NCBI GenBank assembly: GCA_001687465.1
Contig: LVLI01000226.1
Location: 1-64,000 of the forward strand
DNA length: 64,000 nt
Origin: Halocafeteria seosinensis
Lineage: Eukaryota
Direction of reading: 5' to 3'
The notes beneath the pieces were generated by a model that did no database searches, was not told the origin of the DNA, and saw nothing but the letters and a program-made list of their open reading frames with translations. Below, in pieces: positions 26,037-37,699 of the stretch. The translations under genes and the position numbers were made by a program. Position 1 is the stretch's first letter; each line of letters opens with the position of its first letter.

Positions 26037-27566
26037 TTAGAATTCTCCGCGATTTCGTCTGGCGACAGCTTCCTTAAATCCAAATTTCTCTGCGTTGTCT
26101 TTAAATTTGATTCCTTCAGGTGTATGCCGGGCCATCCCGTCAAACACGGTGGCCAAACGCTGGGTTGATTCGATCCCCATATTGGAGTATGACTGATTGA
26201 TTAGCATCTTATGCATCATAAGTTGGTTAGTGGGGATCTGCGCCATATCGCTGGCTAATTCTTCCACTCTGCTGTCCAACTGGGCATCCGCGACAGATTC
26301 GGCGATCAGACCGATACGCTCAGCTTCGTGTCCAGTGATGATTCTCCCAGTCAGCAACATTTTCTTTGCCTGCTCCATTCCGAGTCTGTAAATCCACATC
26401 GCTGTCGTGGGGCAACCCCAAACCCGAGCAGGAGGATATCCAATGCGTGCCTCAGTTCCCATCACCACAAAATCGCAACAGAGTGCAATGTCGCTGCCAC
26501 CGGCTACTGCGAACCCGTGGACTTTACATATAGTAGGTTTATCCGAATGAAAGAGACTCATAAAATGTTTCGTATTCCGATACATCAACTGGAAGTCAAC
26601 CATAGGATCCCATGGCATTTCTTGGGACCCCGGTACGGGACGAGGTGCTTCAGCGTAAATCTCAAGGTCATATCCACTGCAAAACGACCGGCCCTTCCCA
26701 GAGATGACAATAACACGGACATTATCGTCTTGGTTGGCACGTTCAACAGCCTGCGAAATTTCTGCTGGCATTGTCTCATTTATAGCATTGAGCTGCTCAG
26801 GTCGATTCAGCGTAACGTATGCAATGCGATCCTTGCTCGAGTACTCCAAAGTAGAAAACGGATAATCCGATACATTCTTTTTTTCGCCGTTCTTTTGTAC
26901 ATTCGTCGCTTTTCCCCCTATAAAACCGAAAGAGTGACTGTCTCTCATGGCGTTAGTTAGTACCTTCTGTATTGCGGCCTGAAGGCTGTCCCAGTTGCAG
27001 TTCGGGTGCTTGTTGACACTGACGAAACTTTCGCCAATGAAGATACTGACGATGGAACCTTGACGTATCTCTTCACATCTCTCAAATATGTTCCGTGCCA
27101 AGGGTGCCATGTTTTCCCTTGCGTCGCAAGAAGTATAAAGCTGCACCATGAGATAACAAAGACATGTTGTTGCTTCCATGGTTGAGCAATCTAACAGAGA
27201 CACAGGAAATACACCAACACACTTGACCAGGCGTAGCAAATCGGTAATCCTTTAACGCAAAGTTAATGTTGTTGTTGTTTGGTGTGGCCTCCACTACGAT
27301 GCACTGTTCCTTGGCTCCTGTAGCGAACAGACAAGATACCCACCAATTCAAATTAGACTGAAGCGATTAAGGGTTTGTGTAGTGACCATACCATCCCTGC
27401 AGTCCGTTGAATACACATTTCGAAATGGTCTCCATATGTGGCACCAGCTCGCTTTGTTAACGATCGAAAGAGTATCTCTCCTAGTGTCTCTAAAAATTCC
27501 TGTGGAACCCCGTGGAAGTCGTAGCGTCCTCATGAGTCCCCTGATTCGGCCAGAACCCAGCTGCAT
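26037..27566 (-). CDS. Chimeric protein (~457 aa): mitochondrial-type presequence, Nfu_N domain and crotonase/enoyl-CoA hydratase-family domain; exons 27566-27392, 27317-27223, 27140-26037
   Basis: The Nfu_N part (VEATPNNNNINF, APLARNIF, SIFIGESFVSVNK..W) runs without a stop into IAYVTLNRPEQLNAI, GKGRSFCSGYDL, KPTICKVHGFAVAGGSDIALCCD and RLGMEQAKKMLLTG. Both introns are GT-AG and frame-preserving. Confidence 0.85.
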
Positions 27567-27834
27567 GCTAGAAAACGTTCGTTTGCCCTATCCCAGCTTC
27601 ATCCACACACTTATAGCTAGTATAGTACCAATGTGGCTCATTAAACCATAATATGACGCCATACACGAACTTGTGAACCAAGTTTCACCAACGTTTGTTT
27701 GCGCGGTCGCAGCTGACCACCATGGTACAACAAATCATGTACTACCCTGCACGATAGATAGTACTGGGTTAATAGGAGTTGTAACATGGGGAGGATCTGT
27801 CATCTAGTGTGGAAGCGAGGTTACAGTGGACGTC

Positions 27835-28918
27835 ATGTTCTCGCTGGTGGAAGTGAAAGATGCCATCTCCTCAGACCCCTGTATGCTGGGGCGAGACTTT
27901 CGGGATGTCCTTATACAGTGCATAGACAGTAAATACGCAAATCGCGTCCTTCCAGGGGTTGGCTTAGTAATTTGCTTCTATGATTTTGTACGCATTGGTG
28001 ACGCTGAACTCTTCCACGGTGAAGCTACACCGCATACTCAAGGTACGATGGCGAGCATTCTATACACAATGCCACTGCAGGCTCCATACTGGAATTGATG
28101 TCCAACACGACGTTTTTATTGCAGTCCACTTTCGGCTCCTGGTCTTTCAGCCATTCGAGGATGAACTCATCATTGGAACCGTGAAGATGTGTATTCCGGA
28201 AGGAATCATTGGTACGCGCAGTGTCAGATATGAAAGGGGAGTTTGCAGATCGAAGCGATTGTTTGGATGCTTGCAGTCTCGATGGGTCTTTTCTCAGATA
28301 TTTTGATTCCTGTAGGAGCTATGCAGCCTTCATCGGAATAGTACGTAGGGGTGTCCGCTATCCGCTGTAATTTATAGTATACCTGTCCACTCTGGAACGT
28401 CTTACAGTATATGCGACGAGGCTATAGTGGAAGAACCGGTTTGGCTGTGGAAATATCATGATGATGAGGAAGATGAGGTTCTTGAGTACTACATAGAAGC
28501 TGGAAAAAGTATCCGTTTCAGGCTTCTATCAACGTTGTTTCAGAGAGGCTCGAAAGACGTAAAGCCGCTAGTACATTTGCCACAAGAGGAACCTCATGAG
28601 GGAACCCCGACAACTAATGGGCAAAGTCAAACCGTCGATGAAACGCAAAATGAAGTAACTAATGAAGACGAGGGTAAGATAGTCGCCGGAGGAGTCGATG
28701 CAGAGAAAGAGGTGTCAAATTCTGTGCTTGGCAAACTCGGTCTTCATAGCAACACCGTGGGACAAACAGCTCCACGTGCATTGTCTGATAAGCCATCAAC
28801 TGAGACGATGTCCTCTCTTTGGCCATCTCACTTAGGGAAGGAACCTGCGATGTTGATTACAGGCAGTATTGCCGAAGATGGACTAGGAATGCTTCACTGG
28901 TGGGAGGGAGAGGATTGA
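27835..28918 (+). CDS. POLR3H: RNA polymerase III subunit RPC8/RPC25, spliced
   Basis: MFSLVEVKD, KYANRVLPGVGLVICFYD, VHFRLLVFQPFEDE, VSMGLFSDILIP, VWLWKY, GSIAEDGLGMLHWW. Confidence 0.9.
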
Positions 28919-28969
28919 ATGTTATTTTATCAACGCTAACTTTCCATTTCCTGACAAGGCTGCAGAACC

Positions 28970-31913
28970 TCATGGAAGCCCCCCAGCAGCTTCAAGTCTC
29001 CTTCGTAGGTCTGCAATCTCCTTTTTGAGATCGGCTGTAGAGGCAGACTCTAGTTGCTTCTTGGCGTTGCCTAATTGTACCTCTCTGCATCTGGTTGCGA
29101 AGTTCAGTGAGCATAAGGACTCTTGAACGTTCCACGCTACAGGGGAAATGTTCACGAACATCAGTACCTGTCGTTAGATTTTGAAAACAACACTAACACT
29201 AAAGGAGAGAGTAACAATGCCATAGAGCTTACCTTGGAACCCCCGCTTAGACTATCCTGGAGCAAGTAAGTAAGTTTCGAATCACGGAATGGGATATGAC
29301 CGCCCCGGGATTTCTTGTCACCGCCTTTGCTTCTACTCTCAAGAGCACCGATCACATTTCCCAACGCCGAAAGGCTCTTGTTGATATAAGCGGCTTCTTT
29401 TTGGCGAAGACCACTAGCGTCTGTCTTGTTCAGCCGTTCACTACCGGCCAGATCGATGAGATTCAACTTGCCGCGAGTACGCATTCCATTCCTTGTTCGT
29501 GCGGCGACATTAACCGTGACAACTAGATGCGAGCGGGAGGAGTGTTCGTTCAGGTTATGGGAACCTACTGATCTATTGCGTTCTGCCTTCTTCATCAAAT
29601 CCAAGACTTCTTCGTAACCGCTTACGGGAGTCTCCGTTAAGTTCTCCACGTAAACTTGCCCCTCCTTATTTTGCCGAATATCTACTTTCTCCGCCGGCTG
29701 ACGGCAAGTAAGCAAATCTACTATTGTCTCATTGTAGACTTCTAACACAGTGACTGAAATATCAACGTGGCCTGTTACTTCTCCGAGCTCCTGTTTTCGA
29801 TTCTCGCTTTTCTCAAAGAGCTCTTTCAAGGTGCGAAAGTTGAGACCTTCGTTTGAACTGGTGCCTGCAAGCGCAATAGACCGCGAAATGTCGCTTCTGA
29901 GATATCCCAATGAATACAACACTACTTGTTTACCTTGCATTGTATATGTCTTCCCCGAGCCAGTCTGACCGTAGGCGAACACGCACACATTATAGCCGTC
30001 AAGCACCGACATGAGGATCGGAAGCGTTGCAGCGGCTACTTCTTCCTGCAGGTACATTGGTTAAAGCTGTAAAATTGCCATCGATGATATCCCGGTCAAT
30101 GCAGACTATATCCTCACCTGAGAAGTTTCTGGGCCAAAAGTCTCATCAAACGCAAATTGGTATTGACGCTCTTTCTTCGTATCTTTTAAAATTAGGCACG
30201 TGTCGTCCACATCGGGGAAATCCACCGCATTACCTCCTTCTCCAGAATCTTTTTCAACTTGCAGAATCGGTCGAACTGTGAAACACCTTGTATGCGCTAA
30301 GTAGCTGTAAGACGACAAAACGCGTGCACTTCTTACCTCGTGCAAAAACTCGTATGTTGCCTTTTATTTCTATGAGCTCATTTAGAGCGGCTCGCTTGGC
30401 AGATGCCTCTTTGTGCCACATTGTTCGAGCGTGATCTCTTTCGGAAATCAAGTTGTTGATGCGAGCTTCAGCTGCAGTGACACCAGTTAAACGTAAAAAT
30501 TTTTAGGAAGAGAGATGCTACTGCAACCATGAATAATGACATTACCTCTCATCTTCTCCGCTTCAACCGCTTCTTCCATTTTCTCCAAGAGCTGTTTCTC
30601 TCTGGACTTCATCTGACGTTCTAGAGCAAGTTCGGAGTTGTGTCGTGAGTCCGTTAGTTCCTGTTTAAGACTTGAAATGCGCTTTTCCTGGTTACTAATC
30701 GTAGAATCTTTTGCCGACATCTCGACTTGTAACTCTCGGACTTTGTTATCGTCTCCTTGCTGGGACGCTTTATTTCTCAACTGTTCAATTTTCTTCTCGA
30801 GTTCCTCGATCTTCGCTAACAATTCACGTTCACGGTCACTACCCTTGCTTTTTTCAACGGCTGTTCCAGACACAGGAAGCAATTCCATAATATCGAGATG
30901 TACACTACAGGTTGTTTATCTCACGTACTCTCAGTCTCTTCAGATACAGCAATCCGTGTTGGCTGCGCTCGCAATCGTTCTTCTTGCTCTTCAATTTTTT
31001 TCTGTGCATGTTCCAACTCCGTCTTTAGTTTCTGAAGCTCGATACTCTTCTCTAATATAGTATTAGTAAGCTCCTCTAGCTTCTTTTCCCGATCACCAGA
31101 TTTTATGGATTCCTGTTCACGGACATCTTTCTGAGCTTCAAAGTATTGTCTACTGATTGCTTCTCTTGCGTCCGCAAGCTTTTCAATTAATTCAACCCTT
31201 TCTTGATTGAACTTTTCACGTATTGAGCTGATTGATGCTTCTTTTTCTAAGAGTTTAGTTTGCCACTTCTCCTGGCTCTTTCTTAGTTCGGTTTCATAGT
31301 TCGCTCGTAATTCCAAGTTTTCGAGGAAGTACTTCTCTATTTGCTCCGCTGCTTCGTCTTTCGACCGTGTAGCTACGACAGGTGACTCCGTATGCTGCTC
31401 AGATGGAGTATGCGTCTTCTCGCTGCGTGAGTTAATCTCAGGATCCACCCTTGGATCCGTCTCACCAGAGACTGGATGTCGCCAAGTTGTTTCTCCGGTT
31501 TTGAGGTTGTGGTAGAACGCTGCTCCCCCTTTAGTGGTGCTGTACTGAATCTGCCAGCCCGTTGGGAGAGGAGAAGAAGTTGGAGGAGTGACACGGTCGG
31601 CAGTGATGAGGCGATGTTTGCCACCAGGTACGGGTGCTCTAACGGTGTGTCTTTCTCGTGACAGTGGGTTTGTTGCATTGGTGGGGGGTGTGTTTACAAC
31701 CGCAGGATCCCGATACAGGTGTCTGCGGGCTGGTGTACCCAAATTAGAAGGTAGCGACGCCATTGGAGTGTTCGCTTGTTCATAATCGTCTATCATTTCC
31801 TGTATTGTTGCGTCATCTAAGTCTTCCTGTGGTGGTTCGCCTCGCCATTCTCCAGAGCGTTTATTGAACCAGTTGCCACGATACTCCCAATCCTGGTTTC
31901 CACGCCGCGACAT
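28970..31913 (-). CDS. Kinesin-14 (C-terminal motor) with N-terminal WW domain and coiled coil, spliced
   Basis: Neck ELIEIKGNIRVFAR; P-loop YGQTGSGKT; NEHSSRSH; LIDLAGSER; HIPFRDSKLTYLLQDSL; WW domain LPTGW..FYHN..TGETTWRHP. Confidence 0.92.
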
Positions 31914-32436
31914 CTCTGCTACTTAACTGATCGTTAAGGCCCCTGGTCCACGGATCACCACGAAAGAACTGATGCTCACATTCAAAGCAATTACATACTC
32001 TGGCAACGCTGATGTGCCCGTTTTTGACTTTGAAGTTTCGACTTTCCGCATCATTAATCCAATTCAAATTAACAACTGCTTTATATGATCTACCAAAACA
32101 AAACCCAAGTGAATGGGAAAGTGTAGGGGTGTTCCTCTTCGAGCACTCAACGCTATGTATCGTCGCTTTATCGATGTCGGGAAGCTACCCACACTGAGCC
32201 TTGGGAAAGTACCAGTTTAATATTTTGGGTGAAGTAATTTACACAGTCATTACAGTAACACAGTGCATGACACTAACACTCAGCAAACGTGCATGATACG
32301 TGTTAGCGATATTTGTTTCATTCTCCTGCATGCTACACCGCTTTCATCTAAACATGTTTTAAGATTTTAAACTACGATGTCGTGAAATGAACCCCACTGT
32401 GGCATTAGATCGGAAACTCGCGGCAGATCAATCTGT

Positions 32437-33788
32437 TTATGCACCTGGTACACCGGCAGCAGCCAACTTTTGCCTGAGAGACTCGTTCGCTTGTTGCTCT
32501 TCTTCTTCTTCTTCTGACAGCATTTTCTGTTCCGTCCCGTCACCTGCTTCAGTAACCTGCATCAGAAGTCCTTTCGCATTCGTGGCCTTTAACTATTTAG
32601 TGTTCCAAACTTCCGACATACCTGCTCAATTCCTTCAACCTCTGGTACGTAGTGCTTCAACATATTCTCCACGCCATTACGGAGCGTAACTGTGCTCGAC
32701 GGACATCCAACGCATGATCCCGCCATTTTAACTCGGACTATATTCGTATCTTCATCAAACCCACTGGAAGCAAATAAACAGCTCGACGTCAAGCAGGTAG
32801 TCTCAAGAGCTTCGAAAAGCAACATACGCATAAAAGATATCTCCTCCATCCTCTTGAATTGCCGGTCGAATACGCGTTTCAAGCAGTTCCTTGACGGTAG
32901 CTACAATCTGTAACAACGAGAAAACGGCAGGCGGGTGTTGATCGCTGCGAATACAATATCTCATAGGTAGGACATACTTCACTATCCCCCTCTTGTATGG
33001 CCGTATCAGATTCGACCGGAGCATCTGTTACAATTGGCCCTCCTTCAGCATAGTGATCCAGGATAGCATGGAGTACAAGAGTTCTCACAGCCTGTCTAGA
33101 GCTTGCAACCCGATGATATTTGAAATAAAGTATATAGACAATCTACAAAGTCACTGCACTTACATCCCAATCTGCCTCTTCTTCCTTATTGACACTAATG
33201 AATTCATTTGTCAGGAATACGCTGGTAACATGTGGGATCTTGAGTATTTGGCGGACAAGTTTCGAGCCCTTCGCATCATGCAAAGATGAAAAATGCTGCA
33301 TAAGCATAAAAAATACAGAGACATGAATTGTGCATACTGAATGCACGGAGTGTACATTGAAACACACACCATGCTGGATCCGTACTCTTCCGGAAGTACT
33401 TCGCCTTCGTCGGGTATGAACTTCATGCTGTCTGGATTGGGCGTTTGCTCCACCTCAACGAAAATGCCTCGATGACCGGATGTACTCCCTCCTATCAGCG
33501 GCACTGCCAATTCTTCACAACTCATGATAATTCGGTACTCTTCTCGGGAGGTATGCACTTGAATGGCCGGCACTTACCTCCACGAGCGCAATTTCTCCTG
33601 AAGACTTCTTGCCGACTCTGCGATACTTCATGGCCAAAAACGGGAGAGCGGTAGCTTCGTAAGCTCTGTTGCGATAATGAAGCCAAATACCGTCGACTAT
33701 CCACCCTTCGGACTCCTGTAGTTGATAAGCAATGAATGGAGCGAGGAAGTCCTCGGGAAAACATGCCAAAAATGGCTCTGCCGGACAT
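32437..33788 (-). CDS. NFU1: NFU1-type mitochondrial Fe-S carrier, paralog B, spliced
   Basis: [78 protein letters not shown]. Confidence 0.92.
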
Positions 33789-34126
33789 ATTCCCTTAATC
33801 CCACCCGATAACACTCGAGCGACGCCACAACCACGTGTTTTCGATGACAATGGAACTGTTAGAACTTGCCCTGTTACATGCTTCATTGAAAGCATGGTCG
33901 CGTGGCATCGCCAACAATTTTGTGAAGTTCAGCTACACATACGGTGTGACATACCTACCCGTGCATATGTTAGAAATTCCTAGAATTGGCAAAATTGTGC
34001 AACAATTTTGTGACAATATATGCAAGGAATTCTACCATACATAGATCCTTCCGGGTTCCGTTCACCGTGCGATTGAGGGTAGGATTGCCTCAACTTGGAA
34101 GCGGGTGTGCCGACGTCAGATTACGA

Positions 34127-34897
34127 ATGGGAGGAGACGATGCTGATCACGCATGTAATGGCGATGCCTTCTTAGAGCTTCTTTGTCGTAGACATTCCAA
34201 GAGAGGGTTTCGACGTGATATTCCTGTTCCACAGGAAATGATCCGCAGGGTACTCTCAGCAGCAGGCCAAGGCACACCGTCGACAAAGAATACTCAACCG
34301 TGGGGAGTATCTGTGGTAACAGGGGATCTTTTGGATTCTTTACGAGGCGTCTTGCTTGAGAAATTTGACAACCATGTGGAGGAAGAATCTGAGTATCAGA
34401 ACCGCCCTGTGGACCCTACCCTACCGGAGTTCGATGACAAGGTTGCAACCTACGGAAGGGAATTGTTTACTTTCAAGGGCCTCGCGAGGGACGATGCAGA
34501 AGAGAGAAGAAACCACGAAAGAAGGAATTTTTCGTTTTTTGAAGCTCCACTATTGATTTTGCTACATGTACCAGACAGAGCTGTGGCAGGGACGTTCGTT
34601 GATGCCGGCTTGTTTTTGCAATCAGTACTTCTGGGGTTTCACGCTCACGGCTATGGATGTTGTCCTCAATATTCTTTGACGAGATATAGTCGCACCTTGA
34701 AAGACTTTCACAAGAACAAAGGAATCAAGCCGCTTCTTCCCGATGACAGAATACTCGTATGTGGAATCTCTATTGGGGCAGTAGACTCAAACGAGCCGAT
34801 CAACCAGTTCGTACTTAGTCGGGATCTAATAGAAAACTGGGTGACGTTCCACGACTCCTCGCGGTCTATGGAAGTTACGGATAGCTCGGCTGAATAA
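34127..34897 (+). CDS. Nitroreductase-family FMN-dependent oxidoreductase, intronless, 256 aa
   Basis: RRHSKRGF, PSTKNTQPW, RNFSFFEAP, DAGLFLQSVLL..HAHGYGCCPQ, CGISIG. The first ATG is at 34127. Confidence 0.88.
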   Translation: MGGDDADHACNGDAFLELLCRRHSKRGFRRDIPVPQEMIRRVLSAAGQGTPSTKNTQPWGVSVVTGDLLDSLRGVLLEKFDNHVEEESEYQNRPVDPTLPEFDDKVATYGRELFTFKGLARDDAEERRNHERRNFSFFEAPLLILLHVPDRAVAGTFVDAGLFLQSVLLGFHAHGYGCCPQYSLTRYSRTLKDFHKNKGIKPLLPDDRILVCGISIGAVDSNEPINQFVLSRDLIENWVTFHDSSRSMEVTDSSAE

Positions 34898-36053
34898 CAG
34901 CGAGAAAAAGTGAATGGTGTGCTACCTCAGAGTCACCATTTCAAATTTACAACTCAGGAATTGCAAGGCATGGAACCGAGTAATGTTTTGAAAATGGAAT
35001 ATGCTTACTCACAACGTTGTCTCCATTCATGTTACAATGTGACATGTACTTATGAGTGGGTTTGTCTGCGGGGGCAGACTGAATCCGGAAGCTCGGTGGC
35101 CGAAAGTTCCTCGCTATAGAGGTAGCTCGTGCGTTGTCCTCCATCTAGTAACAAGTAGATAGCGCAATAACGACATAACGCCTCGTCTTCCTTACGACTA
35201 CTGTAGGTTATTGGACATACGGCCTTGTTGCAGGGGCCCGAGACACCGCGCCCTCTAGTTGAAGTTGCGTCGACGCAGCCGTGGCAGTAAGATACAAGAA
35301 GCATGAGTCTCCGTACACTCTCACTTCTCAATGATGGGGACCCATTCTTCAAAGAATGCCATTCTGGTAGACGTAGACCAGAGGAACAAAGCTTCAGAGG
35401 ATGCGCCGTCGTACATGGATCTAACCACAAGGAGGCGCGGAACACAAGGCTTTGCGATCCTCAAGCCCGTTGTCGCTCCATCCAGGTTATTCTTATACGT
35501 TCTATGTCTGCTTCGGTGCTGAGCTTGGCAGCATTGAGGGCAAGATGGTCAGATTTTCGTACCTTTACTTTAGCGCGCGCAGCGCGCAAACTTTGAATTT
35601 CGCGGTTGTGAAGCCAGCAGTCACAAGTCACAGATGTCGTCGGATTGATACCCGTGGGATCTATACCACGTAGCATAAGCTTTCGAACAAAAAGCAACTG
35701 AATGGAGAAAGTATATATTAAAGAATCATATTTAACTGGTCACACTTTTATTACAACGACGATATCAGCAAAATGTCGACGAACGAAACAGTAAGTGTCG
35801 GTGTCTGCGCGCGTAAACTGGGTATCTTTTTGTCCTCTTTGGTATTCCCCCGGCGAGATCGACCGTTTGTGTGAAGGCTGCGCTTGTCTGAGGCAATATA
35901 TTAAGGGATCCTGGAGTGCACGCGAATATCTCGATATTGTATCGTACATGGCGTTCAGTGGCGGGGAAAATGGCGTTGCCTGCCTCCCTCTACCTTGCTT
36001 CTATCGAAAATTATACCCACTGTCTTTTGGCGCAGGCTCGCGGTACTAGGGTG

Positions 36054-37352
36054 ATGCCCGACGAGAATACCCAGCAAGGGAAGCGCTATAACAACAACAT
36101 CCAGACTCGCAATCAGGCTCGTTCTGCTCTGGGTGAAATAACCAATAACGCTGTAAGTGGTCCTCATAAGGATGGCGCTGCGTGCAACGTAATTTGCGCA
36201 AAAAAGATCACAGCACCAACGCGAAAAGCGCGCGCTGGAAAATGCTTGTTCACTTCGCTGTGCATATCCTCTATTGGTACAGACTTCTGTGCAGCCTGCT
36301 CAGAATACTAATGGAGGGACGCAGGTTCAGTCGTCTGTGCGCTCTAGGGCTCTGCATAGAGCAATGATAGCTGGAGCAGCTCCTGCTGGAGATGGGGACG
36401 TAGAGATGATGAATCCGCCTGCTGCCGAGGCACCTTCGCCGCCTCCAGGAGTCGTTGATATAGACAAGGAAACTTCCGATGACCCCCTTGCAGTTCCAGA
36501 GTACGTCTCTGATATCTTCGCCCACTATAAAGAATGCGAGGTAAGTCTAGACTCCTTGAAGTTTGGCATAGGCGTAACTCCGACGTTCACAGCCACTCCG
36601 CAACTGCTCGTCCTCCGCAGTCTCGCAAGGTTGCCGATCCCCGCTATATGAGTGCCCAGGAAGATATAAACGAGCGCATGCGTGCTATTTTGATTGATTG
36701 GTTGATTGAAGTTCATCTCAAGTTCAAACTCATGCCTGAGACACTCTATTTAACGGTGAATCTAATTGATCGATACCTGGAACAGAACGCAGTGGTGCGC
36801 CAGAAGCTACAATTGGTTGGTGTCACAGCCATGCTGCTTGCCTCAAAATATGAGGAAATTTACGCCCCAGAAGTGCGCGATTTTGTTTATATCACTGACC
36901 GTGCTTATACACGGGAGCAGATATTGACTATGGAGACTGCAATGCTTCAATCCTTCTCCTTTAACATAACAACCCCAACGGCTTATCCCTTCCTTAAGCG
37001 TTTTCTGAAAGCGGCTGGCACGAACACGCGACTTACGCAGATGGCGACTTACTTTATGGAGCGTACTCTACAGGAGTATCGTATGCTGCAATTCCTCCCC
37101 TCGATGGTGGCTGCTGCTGCTGTCAATATGGCTATGCGCTCTCTCGACCATGGGGAATGGAACGCTACCCTTCAATATTATACTGGATACAGTGAAGAGC
37201 AATTGTGCCCCTGTGTCCAAACAATGGAAGGAATCATTGAACATGCACCGAATGCCTCTCTGAAGGCGGTCTTCAAGAAGTGGTCCTCTACCAAGTTCGG
37301 TGCCGTAGCGCGAATCCCATTAGTCAACATTTTGCCGCCCGGTGCAAACTGA
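36054..37352 (+). CDS. B-type mitotic cyclin; introns 36153-36294 and 36541-36620
   Basis: Destruction box RSALGEITN; cyclin box MRAILIDWLIEVH, KLQLVGV, ASKYEEIYAP. Confidence 0.93.
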
Positions 37353-37699
37353 AGAGGCCAGCAGCTTTTTGTACAAGCAATCGAGGATAATGAACAATCC
37401 CGGCAGTCTAAGGGAAAGAAACACTTGATTTGAATAACTTCAAAAGTTAAGACTAGGTAGGTGCGAGCGATAATATACGATATCATACTTAACTAGTAAG
37501 GAGCCCTTCGCATCCCCCAAGTTCTTCTTTCTCTTCTTTTTCATATACATTGCTTAGTTTCCCTCTGCCACATTGGTGGCAAGTTTAGCTAAACCAAAAG
37601 GAAATTATCGGGGAATAGAGCGTGTACATTTATTTCATGAGAAGCACCCGAGAAGAACGGCAGGGAATTCCGCTGTAAGGTAGCAGATCTATGCTAAAA

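Noticed and set aside
33986..34126. N-terminal extension of the nitroreductase ORF
   Set aside because: It begins at a non-ATG codon allowed by the prokaryotic-style track; the first ATG is at 34127.
35050..35700. Possible small spliced gene between nitroreductase and cyclin B
   Set aside because: I could not build a consistent exon chain or recognise a motif.
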